Assembly (NCBI GenBank): GCA_963755715.1
Contig: CAVWLW010000024.1
Location: 32,001-96,000 of the forward strand
DNA: 64,000 nt
Origin: an uncultured delta proteobacterium
Lineage (GTDB): Bacteria > Desulfobacterota > Binatia > UBA9968
Direction: 5' to 3'
In this document: piece by piece, positions 1 to 10,569 of the stretch
Layout: every line of letters starts with the position of its first letter
Position numbering within the stretch: the stretch's first letter is position 1
Program-made: the position numbers and the translations under genes
The notes under the pieces: model-generated
The model's database searches: none
Told to the model about the DNA's origin: nothing
What the model saw: only the letters and a program-made list of their open reading frames with translations

Positions 1-1
1 G

Positions 2-484
2 CCGACCGGGTTTTTTACCGGTATCCAATTCCGGCCGATTATCGGCGGTGTAGTGGTGGATACGATCGCTACCTTCGCGCTGACCTGGCTGTATTACTCT
101 TCTTTCGTCGCCAAGGACTTGACTGAGCAAGGCGGGGCGGCGGAGGATGCTTTCACCCAATATTTTAGTTCCACCGACGGTTTGATCGCGAGTCTCTTGC
201 TCGGCTCGCTCGGTACGGTGATCGGCGGATTTTTCGCCGCTTATAAGGCCGGCACATTGGAAATGAAACACGGTGCGCTGGTTGGCATGGGTTCGATCGT
301 TCTTGGACTGGTTCTGCAAGGGTGGGGATCGGACGACAGCGTGACCCCGGAGTGGTTCATGGCATTGTCTTTTGCAGCCGCGATACCTGCCGGGGCGATC
401 GGCGGCTTTTTCGCGGAGATGGTCAAGAATGCCATGGGCGGCGGCCGTCCGGTAGGTGGTGGAGGCTGGCCGCCATCGAGGTAA
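2..484 (+). CDS. Hypothetical multi-pass membrane protein, 5' truncated by the window edge
   Basis: Frame is open from position 2 (PTGFFTGIQFRPIIGGVVVDT...) into ORF 53..484; several Gly-rich hydrophobic helices. Confidence 0.7.
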   Translation, partial: PTGFFTGIQFRPIIGGVVVDTIATFALTWLYYSSFVAKDLTEQGGAAEDAFTQYFSSTDGLIASLLLGSLGTVIGGFFAAYKAGTLEMKHGALVGMGSIVLGLVLQGWGSDDSVTPEWFMALSFAAAIPAGAIGGFFAEMVKNAMGGGRPVGGGGWPPSR

Positions 485-881
485 AGGCTTGCATACCGAG
501 ATAGAAGAAAACCCGATCTCAGTTGCGTGTAGACATCACAGTAGCGTTGGCCTTGCTGATCCCTTTACCCGATAAGATTCCGCGAGACGGACATACGGTC
601 TGCCGCGTGCATTTTGGCCCATATCGCATGAGATCGTCAGATATTTTAGTTTTAGGTCGCTCATATGCATGAAGCTCTCGTCTGCGGTCACGACTAACTT
701 GTGTTCGGGCTCAAGAAATAGGAATTCAAGAGTTATCTCGACAGGCGCGCAGTGAGTAATTGTGTTGACTCAAGAAAGACGTGATGGCTAGAGTTGGTAA
801 GCCTGCTGAACAAGTCGATTTGTGCCGCCAAATTCTGCAAGAAACTGGATTGACCGCAGGACTCATGGAGAAGCAGGATCA

Positions 882-1454
882 GTGACGGCGACAGCATCTG
901 GATATCGGCGCGCGATTCGTTCTGATTACGCTCAGATTCTTCGCCTTCAGTCGGACAATCATATTGCCAACCTTAGCGAGGCTGAGCGCGAGCAAGGATT
1001 TTTGTCGGCGCAATTCACTCCCGAGCAAACCGCTCAGATCGCCGAGGATCTGGGCACAATGGTGGCGCTCGTCAATGATCAAGTCGTGGGTTTCTTATGT
1101 GCGTTTCGGAAGGAGTTTCCGACCGGTTCGCCGGTAATCGCCAAGATGCTCGAAGCCTATGATCGCCTAAACTTCGAGGATCGCCCGCTCAGCGCCTTTA
1201 ACAGTTACATCTACGGTCCCGTTTGCATCGGCCGCGAATATCGCGGGCGTGGTTTATTGCGCGGGCTTTATGAAGCGCAAAAAAAAGACTTGGCCGGACA
1301 ATTCGAGATCGGGGTCGCGTTCGTTTCGCGCAGCAATCCGCATTCATTGAGCGCGCATGTCGCCGGTCTTGGCATGAGCGAAGCAGGTGATTTCGAGGTC
1401 AAGGGCAATGTCTACGCGACTCTTGCTTTCCGCGTGCCGGTAAAGTCAAAATAG
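882..1454 (+). CDS. GNAT-family N-acetyltransferase
   Basis: Acetyl-CoA-binding motif VCIGREYRGRGLLRGLY; GTG at 882 follows a purine-rich RBS-like stretch (ORF track starts at 822). Confidence 0.8.
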   Translation: MTATASGYRRAIRSDYAQILRLQSDNHIANLSEAEREQGFLSAQFTPEQTAQIAEDLGTMVALVNDQVVGFLCAFRKEFPTGSPVIAKMLEAYDRLNFEDRPLSAFNSYIYGPVCIGREYRGRGLLRGLYEAQKKDLAGQFEIGVAFVSRSNPHSLSAHVAGLGMSEAGDFEVKGNVYATLAFRVPVKSK

Positions 1455-1569
1455 TTCCAGCATTAGACGGCTTTGGGTGCTTGCAGATTCGGTTTGGGTT
1501 CCATAGAATCAAACTCCATCAGAGTTCGCTGGCTGTATTTGCAGATCAAATCGAAAGGAAAGATTGAAC

Positions 1570-2073
1570 ATGGATGCTGATGCAAAGAAAACCGCGTTGC
1601 GCATGATTCCGTACGGAATCTATGTGCTCACTTCCGAAGGCAAAGACGGCAAGGTTGCAGCGTCAACCGTGAACTGGGTAACGCAGACGGCGTTTCAGCC
1701 GCCGCTGGTAGTCGTGGGCGTGAAAGCCGATTCCGGCGCGCACGCAATCATCAAAGATTCGAAAGTATTCGCCCTCAATATTCTCGGTAAGGATCAGAAA
1801 GGGCAGGCGTTTACTTTCTTCAAGCCGCTCGAGCGCGAAGGCAACACAATCGGCGGCGAGCCGTTTCGCAAAGGCAGTCTGGGCGCGCCGATCTTGGAAA
1901 AGGCACCGGCATACGTCGAGTGTCAACTGGTCGATACGATCGAAAAGGGCGATCACTCGATCTTCGTCGGCGAGGTGAAAGATGCCGGCGTCGCAACGCA
2001 GCCGTCGGGCCGACCCGACGACGCGATTCTGGCGATGCGAGATTTGGGCGATAAAGTTTTCTATGGCGGATAG
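1570..2073 (+). CDS. Flavin reductase (flavoredoxin-like) family protein
   Basis: ALRMIPYGIYVLT, PPLVVVGV and GDHSIFVGEV motifs; AAAGGA RBS. Confidence 0.9.
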   Translation: MDADAKKTALRMIPYGIYVLTSEGKDGKVAASTVNWVTQTAFQPPLVVVGVKADSGAHAIIKDSKVFALNILGKDQKGQAFTFFKPLEREGNTIGGEPFRKGSLGAPILEKAPAYVECQLVDTIEKGDHSIFVGEVKDAGVATQPSGRPDDAILAMRDLGDKVFYGG

Positions 2074-2091
2074 AGGCGTGGTTTGAACGCA

Positions 2092-2152
2092 GCGTCTTGC
2101 GCTTGGCGTCTGGCCTCTTGGGTTTAATACCAGACGCTGGGCTCCAGGACGC
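2092..2152. repeat. Imperfect intergenic inverted repeat (REP-like hairpin)
   Basis: GCGTCTTGCGCTTGGCGTCTGG pairs imperfectly with CCAGACGCTGGGCTCCAGGACGC. Confidence 0.5.
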
Positions 2153-2176
2153 AAAACAATCGAAGGGAGAAAAACA

Positions 2177-2563
2177 ATGGCTAAGATCCGGCACATCGCT
2201 TATCGCGCAACCGACGTCGATGCGATGGCGAAGTTTTTCGTCGATGCCATGGGCATGAAGCTGATCCAGAAGCGCAAGAACAACGCCATCGATCTGAGCG
2301 ATGGATCGGTAAATATCACCGTGCTTCCGCTGCGCGCGGGCACGTCGGATGGCGCGCCGACCAAGCAGCCGGGCATCGATCATATCGGTTTTTCAGCCGA
2401 GAACGATCAAGAGCAGTTTCGCATGCTGGAAGCGGCCGGCGCGAAAAAGGCCGGCACGCTCAATCTCGGGACGGCGTATTATGAAGACAAATTCGTCGGC
2501 CCTGAAGATATCATCATCGACGTCGGTCATTGGCAGGGCGCGGCGCCGATCGATAAGGAATAG
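2177..2563 (+). CDS. VOC/glyoxalase family protein
   Basis: KIRHIAY...FFVDAMGM, GIDHIGF and GPEDIIIDV pattern; GGGAG RBS. Confidence 0.85.
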   Translation: MAKIRHIAYRATDVDAMAKFFVDAMGMKLIQKRKNNAIDLSDGSVNITVLPLRAGTSDGAPTKQPGIDHIGFSAENDQEQFRMLEAAGAKKAGTLNLGTAYYEDKFVGPEDIIIDVGHWQGAAPIDKE

Positions 2564-2643
2564 TACAAGCTAAAGGGCGTAGGGCACGCTGCGCCCGTTT
2601 TAGATGGTGGCGCGCGGTCTTTTTTGGCCGTGCGCCTTTTTAT

Positions 2644-4113
2644 TTATCGAATCATCAAACGCTCGGCTTTGCCCGAGTAGTTGATAAAAACGGTTTTTAG
2701 CTCCGTAAAGAAATTCAAACCCTCTTCCGCCATCTCCCGCTCGCCCACTCCCGTTGCTTTGGTACCGCCGAAGGGGAGCTGGGCTTCGCCGCCGATAGTC
2801 GGTTCGTTGACGTGAACCATGCCGGTCTCGACCTCTTCGACGAAGCGCATGATCGTGTCGATGTTTTCCGTAAAGATCGAGGTCGTCAATCCATACTCGA
2901 CGCCGTTGGCGAAGGCGAGGGCTTCGTCGATAGTTTTAGCCGTGGAAACGGCGAGGACGGGACCAAAAATCTCTTCTTTGAAAATGCGCATTCCCGGCTC
3001 GACATTATCGAAGATCGTCGGCTCGACGAAGTAACCTTTGTCGAGGTAATCGGGCTTATTGCCGCCGAGAACCAAGCGCGCACCTTCTTGCCGGCCGATG
3101 TGGATGTAATCCAAGTCGGTCTTCCACTGCTTCTCGTCCACTGCGGGCCCCATGTCGACCGATTCATCCAAGCCGGAGCCGATCTTGATTTTCTTCGCCG
3201 CTTCGACAGCCGCTCGACGAGCGCATCTTTGACGGACGGCGACTGTGATCACGCGTGAAGTCGCCGTGCAACGCTGACCGGTCGATCCGAAGGCGCCGCC
3301 GTGAATTGCCACGGCGGCCTTATCGAGATCGGCGTCGGCCATGACGATGACGGCGTTTTTGCCGCCCATCTCGCAGGTGACTTTGGCGCCGCGCTGCGCC
3401 GCCTTGGCGTAAAGCGCGCCGCCGATTTCATTCGAGCCGGTGAACGAGATCGCCCTAAGGACCGGCGAATGAACCATCGCTTCGCCGACGACGGATCCGG
3501 AACCGACCAGCATATTGAACACGCCTGGAGGAAGGCCGGCTTCTTGGTATATTTCCGTGAGCAAGGTCGCCGTCGCGGGAGTTAATTCCGCGGGTTTAAA
3601 AATGACGCAGTTGCCGGCCGCTAATGCCGGCGCGGATTTCCACACGGGAATCGCCCAGGGAAAATTCCACGGCGCGATCAGTCCGACAACACCCAGCGGA
3701 CTGCGAACTGTATAGGTGAAAGTATCGCGCGCTTCAGAGGGCAGAGTCTTGCCGTGCATGCGAAAGCCTTCGCCGGCATAAAACTCCAAGAGCGAGATGC
3801 CCTTCATGACTTCACCCTTGGCCTCTTTGAGTATCTTGCCTTCTTCGCGGGTCAGCGTTCGCGCGATCTCGTCGGCGCGTTGGCGGGCAATGTCGGCGGC
3901 GCGCCAGAGGACCCGGCCGCGCTCTGGGCCGGGCGTTTTGCGCCAGCCTCTCGCCGCGGCTTGCGCGCATTCGATCGCGCTCCGAACGTCTTCGGCGGTG
4001 GCCGCGGGAAACTCGGCGATCACATCGTCGGGGTCCGCGGGGTTGAGATTGCGCACCAGACGACTCGATTGGGGATGAAACCATTTACCATTCACATAGG
4101 AGCCAGTGTTCAT
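2644..4113 (-). CDS. NAD(P)-dependent aldehyde dehydrogenase (KGSADH/YcbD-like)
   Basis: PWNFP, FTGS, catalytic CEMGGKN and GQRCTATSR, EEIFGPV; likely start MNTGSYVNG at 4113; short compensated frameshift at about 3208-3240. Confidence 0.93.
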   Translation of the reverse strand: MNTGSYVNGKWFHPQSSRLVRNLNPADPDDVIAEFPAATAEDVRSAIECAQAAARGWRKTPGPERGRVLWRAADIARQRADEIARTLTREEGKILKEAKGEVMKGISLLEFYAGEGFRMHGKTLPSEARDTFTYTVRSPLGVVGLIAPWNFPWAIPVWKSAPALAAGNCVIFKPAELTPATATLLTEIYQEAGLPPGVFNMLVGSGSVVGEAMVHSPVLRAISFTGSNEIGGALYAKAAQRGAKVTCEMGGKNAVIVMADADLDKAAVAIHGGAFGSTGQRCTATSRVITVAVRQRCARRAAVEAAKKIKIGSGLDESVDMGPAVDEKQWKTDLDYIHIGRQEGARLVLGGNKPDYLDKGYFVEPTIFDNVEPGMRIFKEEIFGPVLAVSTAKTIDEALAFANGVEYGLTTSIFTENIDTIMRFVEEVETGMVHVNEPTIGGEAQLPFGGTKATGVGEREMAEEGLNFFTELKTVFINYSGKAERLMIR

Positions 4114-4239
4114 GGCGACCTCGCGGAGATAAGTGTTAGAGATCGCTCTCAATCGTATATCCCAAGAAGCCATGCAGGAAAAACCAAGCGCCGCAAGCAA
4201 CGCTCCGGTTTATAAAAGTTGGGTAGGTAACCGATAGCG

Positions 4240-5294
4240 TTAGTAAAAAGATCTTTTGGTCAAATCACGAAGCGTGGCTCGCCATCTTTCTTCGAGCTTG
4301 TCGATCTGCTCGGCACTTAACCCTTGCTCGGGATACCAACGCTTGAAGCCATAATCCTTTGTCGGATTGCCGTACTCGAACTCTTCAAGAACCTTTTGGC
4401 CGCCGGCGCCGAGGATGAAATCGGCGAGCAAGAGCGCCGCATGCGGGTGCGGCGCTTTGGCCGAAATCGCGGTAGAGCCGGAATTGGACGGCACGACGTC
4501 CATCGGGATCCATTCGATGGGCGCGCCGACTTTCAGCGATACTTCGACGTGATTGCGAAAGGTTGTCGGCGAGACGCCGACTTCGCCGGAGATGACCATG
4601 TCGAGCAGAGCGCGCCCCGAGACATTGTGAATCGCGGGATTTTGGCTCCTGAGTTTCTTGACGTATTCCTCGCCTTGAAACTTGAGCATCGCACCGATGA
4701 CGGTGACGCCGGTGTCGCTGCCGGCAAATGCGATTTTGTCCTTCAACTCGGGGCGCAATAACCCTTGGTAGTTTTTCGGCGCGAGCTTTGCCGGTATAGA
4801 GTTTTTGTTGTAGGCAAGACCGATGTGCGATTCGCGGTCGATGGCCCAGAAGACGAGACCTTTGGGACCTTTTTCTTTGACGTGGTCTGGAAATTTCCCT
4901 TGCGTCGGAAAATAGTACGGCACCAGCATGCTGTTGTCTTTTAACAGCTTCAAGAGTGGAATAGTGGTTTCGATCGTATCGACGATGTAGCGCTGCGCCT
5001 GGGATTCCGCCATAATCCGCGCGCTCATCTCGGCGCGCGTCGCGCGATAGGATTCGACTTTGACGCCGGGATATTTGCTTCGAAGGCGGCGGCCAGTTCT
5101 TTGTACGAGTTGCCGGCGAGCGAAGTATACCAGGTGATTTTGCCTTCACTCTTGGCGCCGGCGTATAAGATTTTTTCCCGGTCCGGCTTGTTGTACGCGG
5201 CAAGTTGCTCCATGGGCAACGGCTTGGTCGATTGCGCCGCTACCGTGGAAACCAAGCTCGCGCCGAATAGCAATGCGCCGATGAAAGACTTCAT
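4240..5294 (-). CDS. ABC-type extracellular solute-binding protein (AfuA/FbpA-like fold), frameshifted
   Basis: Signal peptide and GAKSEGKITWYTS in ORF 5025..5294 continue into ORF 4240..5028 (APHPHAALLLADF); one A missing at about 5075 (AFEA[K]YPGVKV). Confidence 0.85.
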
Positions 5295-5326
5295 TGTCTG
5301 CCTCCGTAAGCGGTTTCTGATTTTCT

Positions 5327-6260
5327 CTAGTACCCGGTTTCCATCAGCTGATTGTAAAATAGCTTCAAGAAAGATTTTAACCTCTCGGGCCGGGTGTAAT
5401 TCGCGAATTCCTGCGGGACTTTAAATTCCTTTTCTATTTGATCGAGATTCTTGCCGGCGGCGATCATCTTCGCGACTTCGTCTCGCATGACCACGAAGTA
5501 GCGCTTCTGCTCCTCCAGATCTTTCGCGCCGCGGCCGATGTGCGCCGGACCATGACCCGGAACGTAGGTTTCGACCGGTAGATTTCGCGCCATGATATTA
5601 TCGAGGATCTGTAGCCAGCCTTTGACGTTGGAATAGAAAACGCCGGCTGACTCGCCTTGCCCCGGGTGAATTTCCGTATCGAGCAGATCGCCCATTAAAT
5701 ATACCCGCTTCTGCGGGATGTAGACCGTCAGATCGCCGGTGCTGTGGCCGCGACCTTCAGCAGTGATCTGAAATATGAGACCGCCGAAATAAAGCGTCAT
5801 GGTGCCGTCGAAGCCGATGTCGGGCGGAATCAGTTCTTTTCCTTTGTAACCGGCGTTGCGCGGGTCGTTGGAATTTTTCCGCTCGTTAAACTCTGCGAGC
5901 TCCTGCATACGCAGATCGTGAATTTGATTCTTCGTCGCGATGTAAACCGGCTTGTCTTCGCGGAAATGCCATGCGCCGGAGGCGTGATCGCCGGCGCTGT
6001 GCGACGAGATTAAATATTTTACTTTCTTGTCGGTCTGCTTGCGGATAAAGGCGAGAGTCTGATCGGCGTTATCGATATGAAAGTCGAACACCAGCGACGC
6101 CGTCGTCGGTAAAAACGACCGTGGAATTGCCGGAGCCTTGGGAGTGCTGCAACATGTAAACGTTGTCGGCAATCTTAACTGGAGTCATGCGCACCGGGGC
6201 GGCGGCGCCGATGCTCAAAAGCCAAACCAGTCCCAGCAGCAGGGTGAATCGTGTCCTCAT
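5327..6260 (-). CDS. Secreted MBL-fold metallo-hydrolase (cyclase-like), frameshifted
   Basis: Signal peptide and KIADNVYML...GNSTVVFTDDG (6069..6260) join ORF 5327..6172 carrying SHSAGDH, GHSTGD, MGDL and VPGHG; indel at about 6095. Confidence 0.85.
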
Positions 6261-6290
6261 CTGAACTTCCCTTGGTGTGTTGCCGAAGTT

Positions 6291-7175
6291 TTATTGAATC
6301 ATGCCCAGCGACTTCGCCATATCGATGGTGCGCCGCGCGCGCTCGATGATCGGCCGGTCGATCAATTGACCGCCGAAGGCGATGGAGCCGTCGCCGCGCG
6401 CGTTGGCTTCTTCGAAGGCTTGCAGAACTTTTTGGCAGTAGTCGATCTCCTCCGCCGTCGGACTGAAAGTCGTGTTGATGGCGTCGATTTGCGACGGATG
6501 AATGCACGACATACCGGTGAAGCCGAGCTGGCGCGCTTGTTTGGCGAAGCCGAACAATCCGGCGCTGTCGTTCAGGTCGACCCAAACTCCGTCTACGGCT
6601 TGCACGTGGGCAGCCGCTGCGGCGACGACGATCGATGAACGAGCGTAGATCAAGTCCCGTGCTTCGCCTTCGCGTACGGTAGGTAATCCAAGCTCACGGC
6701 CAAAATCCTCGGCGCCGAAAATGATGCCGACGATGCGCGATGAAGCGGCGGCAATCGCCGGTGCGTTGAGCAATCCTTTGGGGCTTTCGATGGCAATCAG
6801 CAACTTGACGCTGCCTTTGCCAAGTTTGTTCTTCGGTTCTTTGTCGTTGAGAATCGCGTCGACCTTGTGAACCTCGTCGACCGTATCGACTTTCGGACAG
6901 ACGAGCCCTTCGAGCCCGGGTCGCACCACCGCTTCCAGGTCGGCATCCATGCGCGGATGGCCGATGGCGTTGATGCGCACATAGCGCGCCGGCGTGCCGG
7001 GTGCTTTCTCGCGGCCAAGTGAATCGGCGATGTTCCTGCGCGCGGCGTCTTTTTCGTTGGGCGCCACGCCGTCTTCGATGTCGAGCATGATCGCGTCGGC
7101 GTTGAGGCCGAGCGCTTTGTCGATCATCTTTTGTCGATGTCCGGGCACGAACATCCATGAGCGTATCAATTCCAT
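6291..7175 (-). CDS. HpcH/CitE-family CoA-ester lyase (citramalyl-/malyl-CoA lyase-like)
   Basis: RSWMFVPG, LDIEDGV, YVRIN, IESPKG, FGAEDF and IHPSQI motifs. Confidence 0.92.
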   Translation of the reverse strand: MELIRSWMFVPGHRQKMIDKALGLNADAIMLDIEDGVAPNEKDAARRNIADSLGREKAPGTPARYVRINAIGHPRMDADLEAVVRPGLEGLVCPKVDTVDEVHKVDAILNDKEPKNKLGKGSVKLLIAIESPKGLLNAPAIAAASSRIVGIIFGAEDFGRELGLPTVREGEARDLIYARSSIVVAAAAAHVQAVDGVWVDLNDSAGLFGFAKQARQLGFTGMSCIHPSQIDAINTTFSPTAEEIDYCQKVLQAFEEANARGDGSIAFGGQLIDRPIIERARRTIDMAKSLGMIQ

Positions 7176-7390
7176 ACCGAAAATCTCCTCGCCGTTTCAT
7201 TACCTGAAGGCCGAGCAAATGTCTAACATCGTTGCGGCGCGAGTGATTGCCTTCTTACTGAGGCGAACAGAGATTTCTCGCTCTCCGCGTGAAACGACAG
7301 GTTCGGAAATGTCTTCGATATTTTTCTGCCATCCAAACAACGAGAGAGATCTTTTCATTTGGTTGAACCCGCACGATTTTTAGAGAATAA

Positions 7391-8599
7391 GTGAAGGGAT
7401 ATGAAATTAGCACGGTCAAGCTTCTGGTGCCGATTGTCGCCGTGGCCATTCAAGCCAACTCCGCTTCTACCGTGATTCCGCCTTATCTCGATCACATGCG
7501 CATTCCCGTGGGGCTGATCGGCACATTGATTTCCCTGGCACCGCTGCTTGCACTTGCGTCACGGCTGCCAGTCGGAATGGCATACAATCATCAGCGCGCG
7601 CGGTTCCTGGTTTCGATCGCTATCCTGGTGATGGGCGCGACAAACTATCTCTATAGTTTCGCAACCGACAGTCTCAGCTTTGCGCTCGTACACTCGATGA
7701 ATGGTTTTGTCTATGGCGCCGTAACGACGCTCTATTTGGCGTTCTACGTCGACTCGCTCGCGCCGGATGAAAACCGCAACCACGCCATGGGTTATTACGT
7801 CGGCAGCTTGGCGATGGGTTATTCCACCGGAAATTTTTTCGGCGGCTTGATCGCGGACCATTGGGGTTATGCGCTGACGTTTCAGCTCGGCGCATTTCTT
7901 TCGCCGGTTTCCGCCGGCTTCCTTTGGTTCTTGCACCGAGCGGACGGTGGCACGAAGAGCGAGATAAAGAAGGCAAGCGGTAAACTGACCTGGTCCGAGT
8001 CGCTCAAAGCTCTGGTCGAGCCGGAGCTCGCTACGGTGGTCATCGTGGCGATGTTTTTGAACCTGCTGCACCAAATGGGCGGTGTGTTCATTTCGCTTTA
8101 TGGCTTGGCGGTGGGCATGACCTTGACGCAGATCGGCATCATTCGCGCCGCCTACGCCGGCTGCAACGCGGTGACGCGACCGATCAGCGGCCATGTCGTC
8201 AATAAATTGGGTCACAAAGGATTGTCCTACTTCGGCCTGCCGCTGCAATCTCTTATTCTCATGCTGATCCCGCTGTTCAGCGGCTTTGGGACGATTCTTT
8301 TGGTTTATGTCTGTTCCGGTTTCTTGCGCGCGATCGTGATTGTCGCCAACGCCGTGGGTTTGGTGCAGGATGTGCCGGAGTCGCGCGTGCGCCGCGGTCT
8401 CGCGTCCGGTGTCTATAATGCAGCGGGCGACCTTGGCAATATTCTCGGGCCGTCGATCGGTGGCTTGATCGCGCAGGCAACCGGAGTGGCCAGCGTTTTC
8501 GTGATCGGCTCGTTGGGATCGACGGCGCTGTTTTTTATCGTTGTATTCCTGGTGCGGCGGGTGAAGGGAACAGCGGAGTCGCAGAGTCTAGCGTCTTGA
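7391..8599 (+). CDS. MFS transporter
   Basis: About 12 hydrophobic segments; RNHAMG...GGLIADHWG and RRGLASGVYN...GPSIGG MFS patterns. Confidence 0.88.
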   Translation: MKGYEISTVKLLVPIVAVAIQANSASTVIPPYLDHMRIPVGLIGTLISLAPLLALASRLPVGMAYNHQRARFLVSIAILVMGATNYLYSFATDSLSFALVHSMNGFVYGAVTTLYLAFYVDSLAPDENRNHAMGYYVGSLAMGYSTGNFFGGLIADHWGYALTFQLGAFLSPVSAGFLWFLHRADGGTKSEIKKASGKLTWSESLKALVEPELATVVIVAMFLNLLHQMGGVFISLYGLAVGMTLTQIGIIRAAYAGCNAVTRPISGHVVNKLGHKGLSYFGLPLQSLILMLIPLFSGFGTILLVYVCSGFLRAIVIVANAVGLVQDVPESRVRRGLASGVYNAAGDLGNILGPSIGGLIAQATGVASVFVIGSLGSTALFFIVVFLVRRVKGTAESQSLAS

Positions 8600-8646
8600 G
8601 TTTTAACGGCGAAGCCGAAACCGAGACCGAGACGGCGGAAGTAATG

Positions 8647-9808
8647 TCAGTATGACTTCGGCATTCCCAGAACATGCTGGCCGAGATAGGCCAGCACCAA
8701 ATTGTTACTGATGGGTGCCACGGTCAGCAGGCGCGTCTCTCGAAATTTTCGTTCCACATCGTATTCCGCAGCGAAGCCATAGCCGCCGTGCGTCGTGAGA
8801 CACGCGTTGGCGGCTTCCCATGCGGCTTCCGAGGCCAGATACTTTGCCAGATTGGCTTCCGCGCCGCATTTTTCCTTGCGATCGAATTTCGTCGCTGCTT
8901 GGAAGCGCACCAAATCCGCCGCTTCAATATTGGCGTAGGCTTTAGCGATAGGAAATTGAACGCCTTGATTCGAACCGATCGGTCGGCCGAAGACGTTTCG
9001 CTCGCTCGCATATTTCGCGGCGCGTTCGACGAACCAGCGGCCGTCGCCGATCGCTTCGGCGGCGACGAGGATACGCTCGGCATTCCAGCCGTCGATGATG
9101 TAACGAAAACCCTCTCCCTCGGTGCCGATCAAATTCTCAGCCGGCACTTCAACATTATCGAAAAAAAGCGCGTTCGTATGATGATTGATCATTAGATCGA
9201 GCGGCTTAACCTCCAGCTTTCCTTTAGCTTCTCTTAGGTCAACAATGAAGACGGAAAGTCCGAGAGTTTTGTCCTTTAGGTCATCGTACGGAGTCGTGCG
9301 TGCCAGGAGAAGCATGAGATCGGACTGCAAAACCCGGGAGATAAATATTTTCTGACCGTTGATAAAGTAGGTGCCGCCTTTGCGGGTTGCCATTGTCTGA
9401 ATCCGCGTGCTCTCGGAGCCGGCATTGGGCTCGGTGACGCCGAACGCTTGCAGGCGCAACTCGCCGGTGGCGATCTTGGGCAGATAGCGTTTTTTCTGCT
9501 CGGCGTTGCCATGACGGAGCAGCGTGCCCATGGTGTACATTTGCGCGTGGCACGCCGTGGCGACTCCGCCCGAGTGATTGATCTCTTCGAGGATAATGCT
9601 CGCTTCGGTGATGCCGAGGCCGGTGCCGCCGAACTCCTCGGGGATTAACGCGGCGAGCCAGCCGAGATCGGAAAGTTTGCGCACGAACGCGTCGGGGTAG
9701 GCTTTCTTGCTATCGATTTCGCGCCAGTAGGCATCAGGAAATTCTTTGCAGACCTTTCTTAATTTCCTCGCGGATCTGCTGCTGCTCGACGGTCAGGTTG
9801 AAATCCAT
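8647..9808 (-). CDS. Acyl-CoA dehydrogenase (methylsuccinyl-CoA dehydrogenase-like), frameshifted near the 5' end
   Basis: ATG at 9808 after AGGAGG gives MDFNLTVEQQQIREEIKK; +1 indel at about 9757, then VCKEFPDAYWR into ORF 8647..9684 (GVTEP, NGQKIFIS, HGGYG). Confidence 0.9.
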
Positions 9809-9833
9809 CCCTACCTCCTATAATTAGCCGGTA

Positions 9834-9961
9834 TCAAGCTGCTGAAAGAGACTCATAGGCTTCGTTGCGCTCGTTCGCATCGCTTCAACGTACTCGCACT
9901 GTACGGTTCCGCTGGTCGATTCTTCGCGCGCCTCGCCGCTGAGGTCTCTTGAACAGCTTGA
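9834..9961. mobile_element. MITE-like / REP-like element with about 22-bp imperfect terminal inverted repeats
   Basis: TCAAGCTGCTGAAAGAGACTCA ... TGAGGTCTCTTGAACAGCTTGA; no coding capacity; lies in a divergent intergenic region. Confidence 0.6.
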
Positions 9962-10027
9962 AAGAGCGCTTCCGCGCTCCGCTGAACTATAGCGTAATGC
10001 TGTTATTGTCAAAAGAGGAGGAACGTC

Positions 10028-10537
10028 ATGGCCGTCAAAGCAGGTTGGGAAGGCCGGTTCTTTGAAGATTTTGAGGTCGGCGATGTCTATCGTTGCCGCC
10101 TGGGGCGAACCGTGACCGAAACGGACAATACCTGGTTCACACTATTGACGAACAATCCCAATCAACTCCATTTCAACAACGAATATGGCAAGCGCACCGA
10201 ATTTGGCAAGTGTTTGATCAATAGCGCGTTGACGCTCGCCATCGTCGCCGGCTTAGGCGTGTCGGACGTCAGCGAGAATGGTTTTGCGCTGGGCTGGGAC
10301 GAAATCAAACTGCCCAATCCGCTTTTTGCCGGTGACACGCTTTATTCGGAGTCGGAAGTTTTGGAGAAACGCGAGTCCAAATCCAAGCCGCAATGGGGCA
10401 TTATCAAGGTGCGCACGCGCGGCATTCAACAGGAAGGCAAAGTCGTGATCGACTACGCGCGCAGCGTGATGGTGTGGAAGAAAGCGCATGCGCCGAAGAA
10501 CGATTTATTTCCTGAGATCAAGGAAGATCGGAAATAA
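10028..10537 (+). CDS. MaoC-family (R)-specific hydratase (RipB/itaconyl-CoA hydratase-like)
   Basis: GRFFEDFEVGD, GRTVTETDNTWFTLLTNNPNQLH and GDTLYSESEVLEKRESKS; GAGGAGG RBS. Confidence 0.88.
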   Translation: MAVKAGWEGRFFEDFEVGDVYRCRLGRTVTETDNTWFTLLTNNPNQLHFNNEYGKRTEFGKCLINSALTLAIVAGLGVSDVSENGFALGWDEIKLPNPLFAGDTLYSESEVLEKRESKSKPQWGIIKVRTRGIQQEGKVVIDYARSVMVWKKAHAPKNDLFPEIKEDRK

Positions 10538-10569
10538 ATCGCGTTCAAATCGTTAGAACGAGAGAAGAG

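Noticed and set aside
485-881. AT-richer 400-bp gap as a possible ncRNA or IS remnant (AAGCCTGCTGAACAAGTC near 799-816 resembles the MITE end)
   Set aside because: No partner inverted repeat, transposase fragment or recognisable RNA structure
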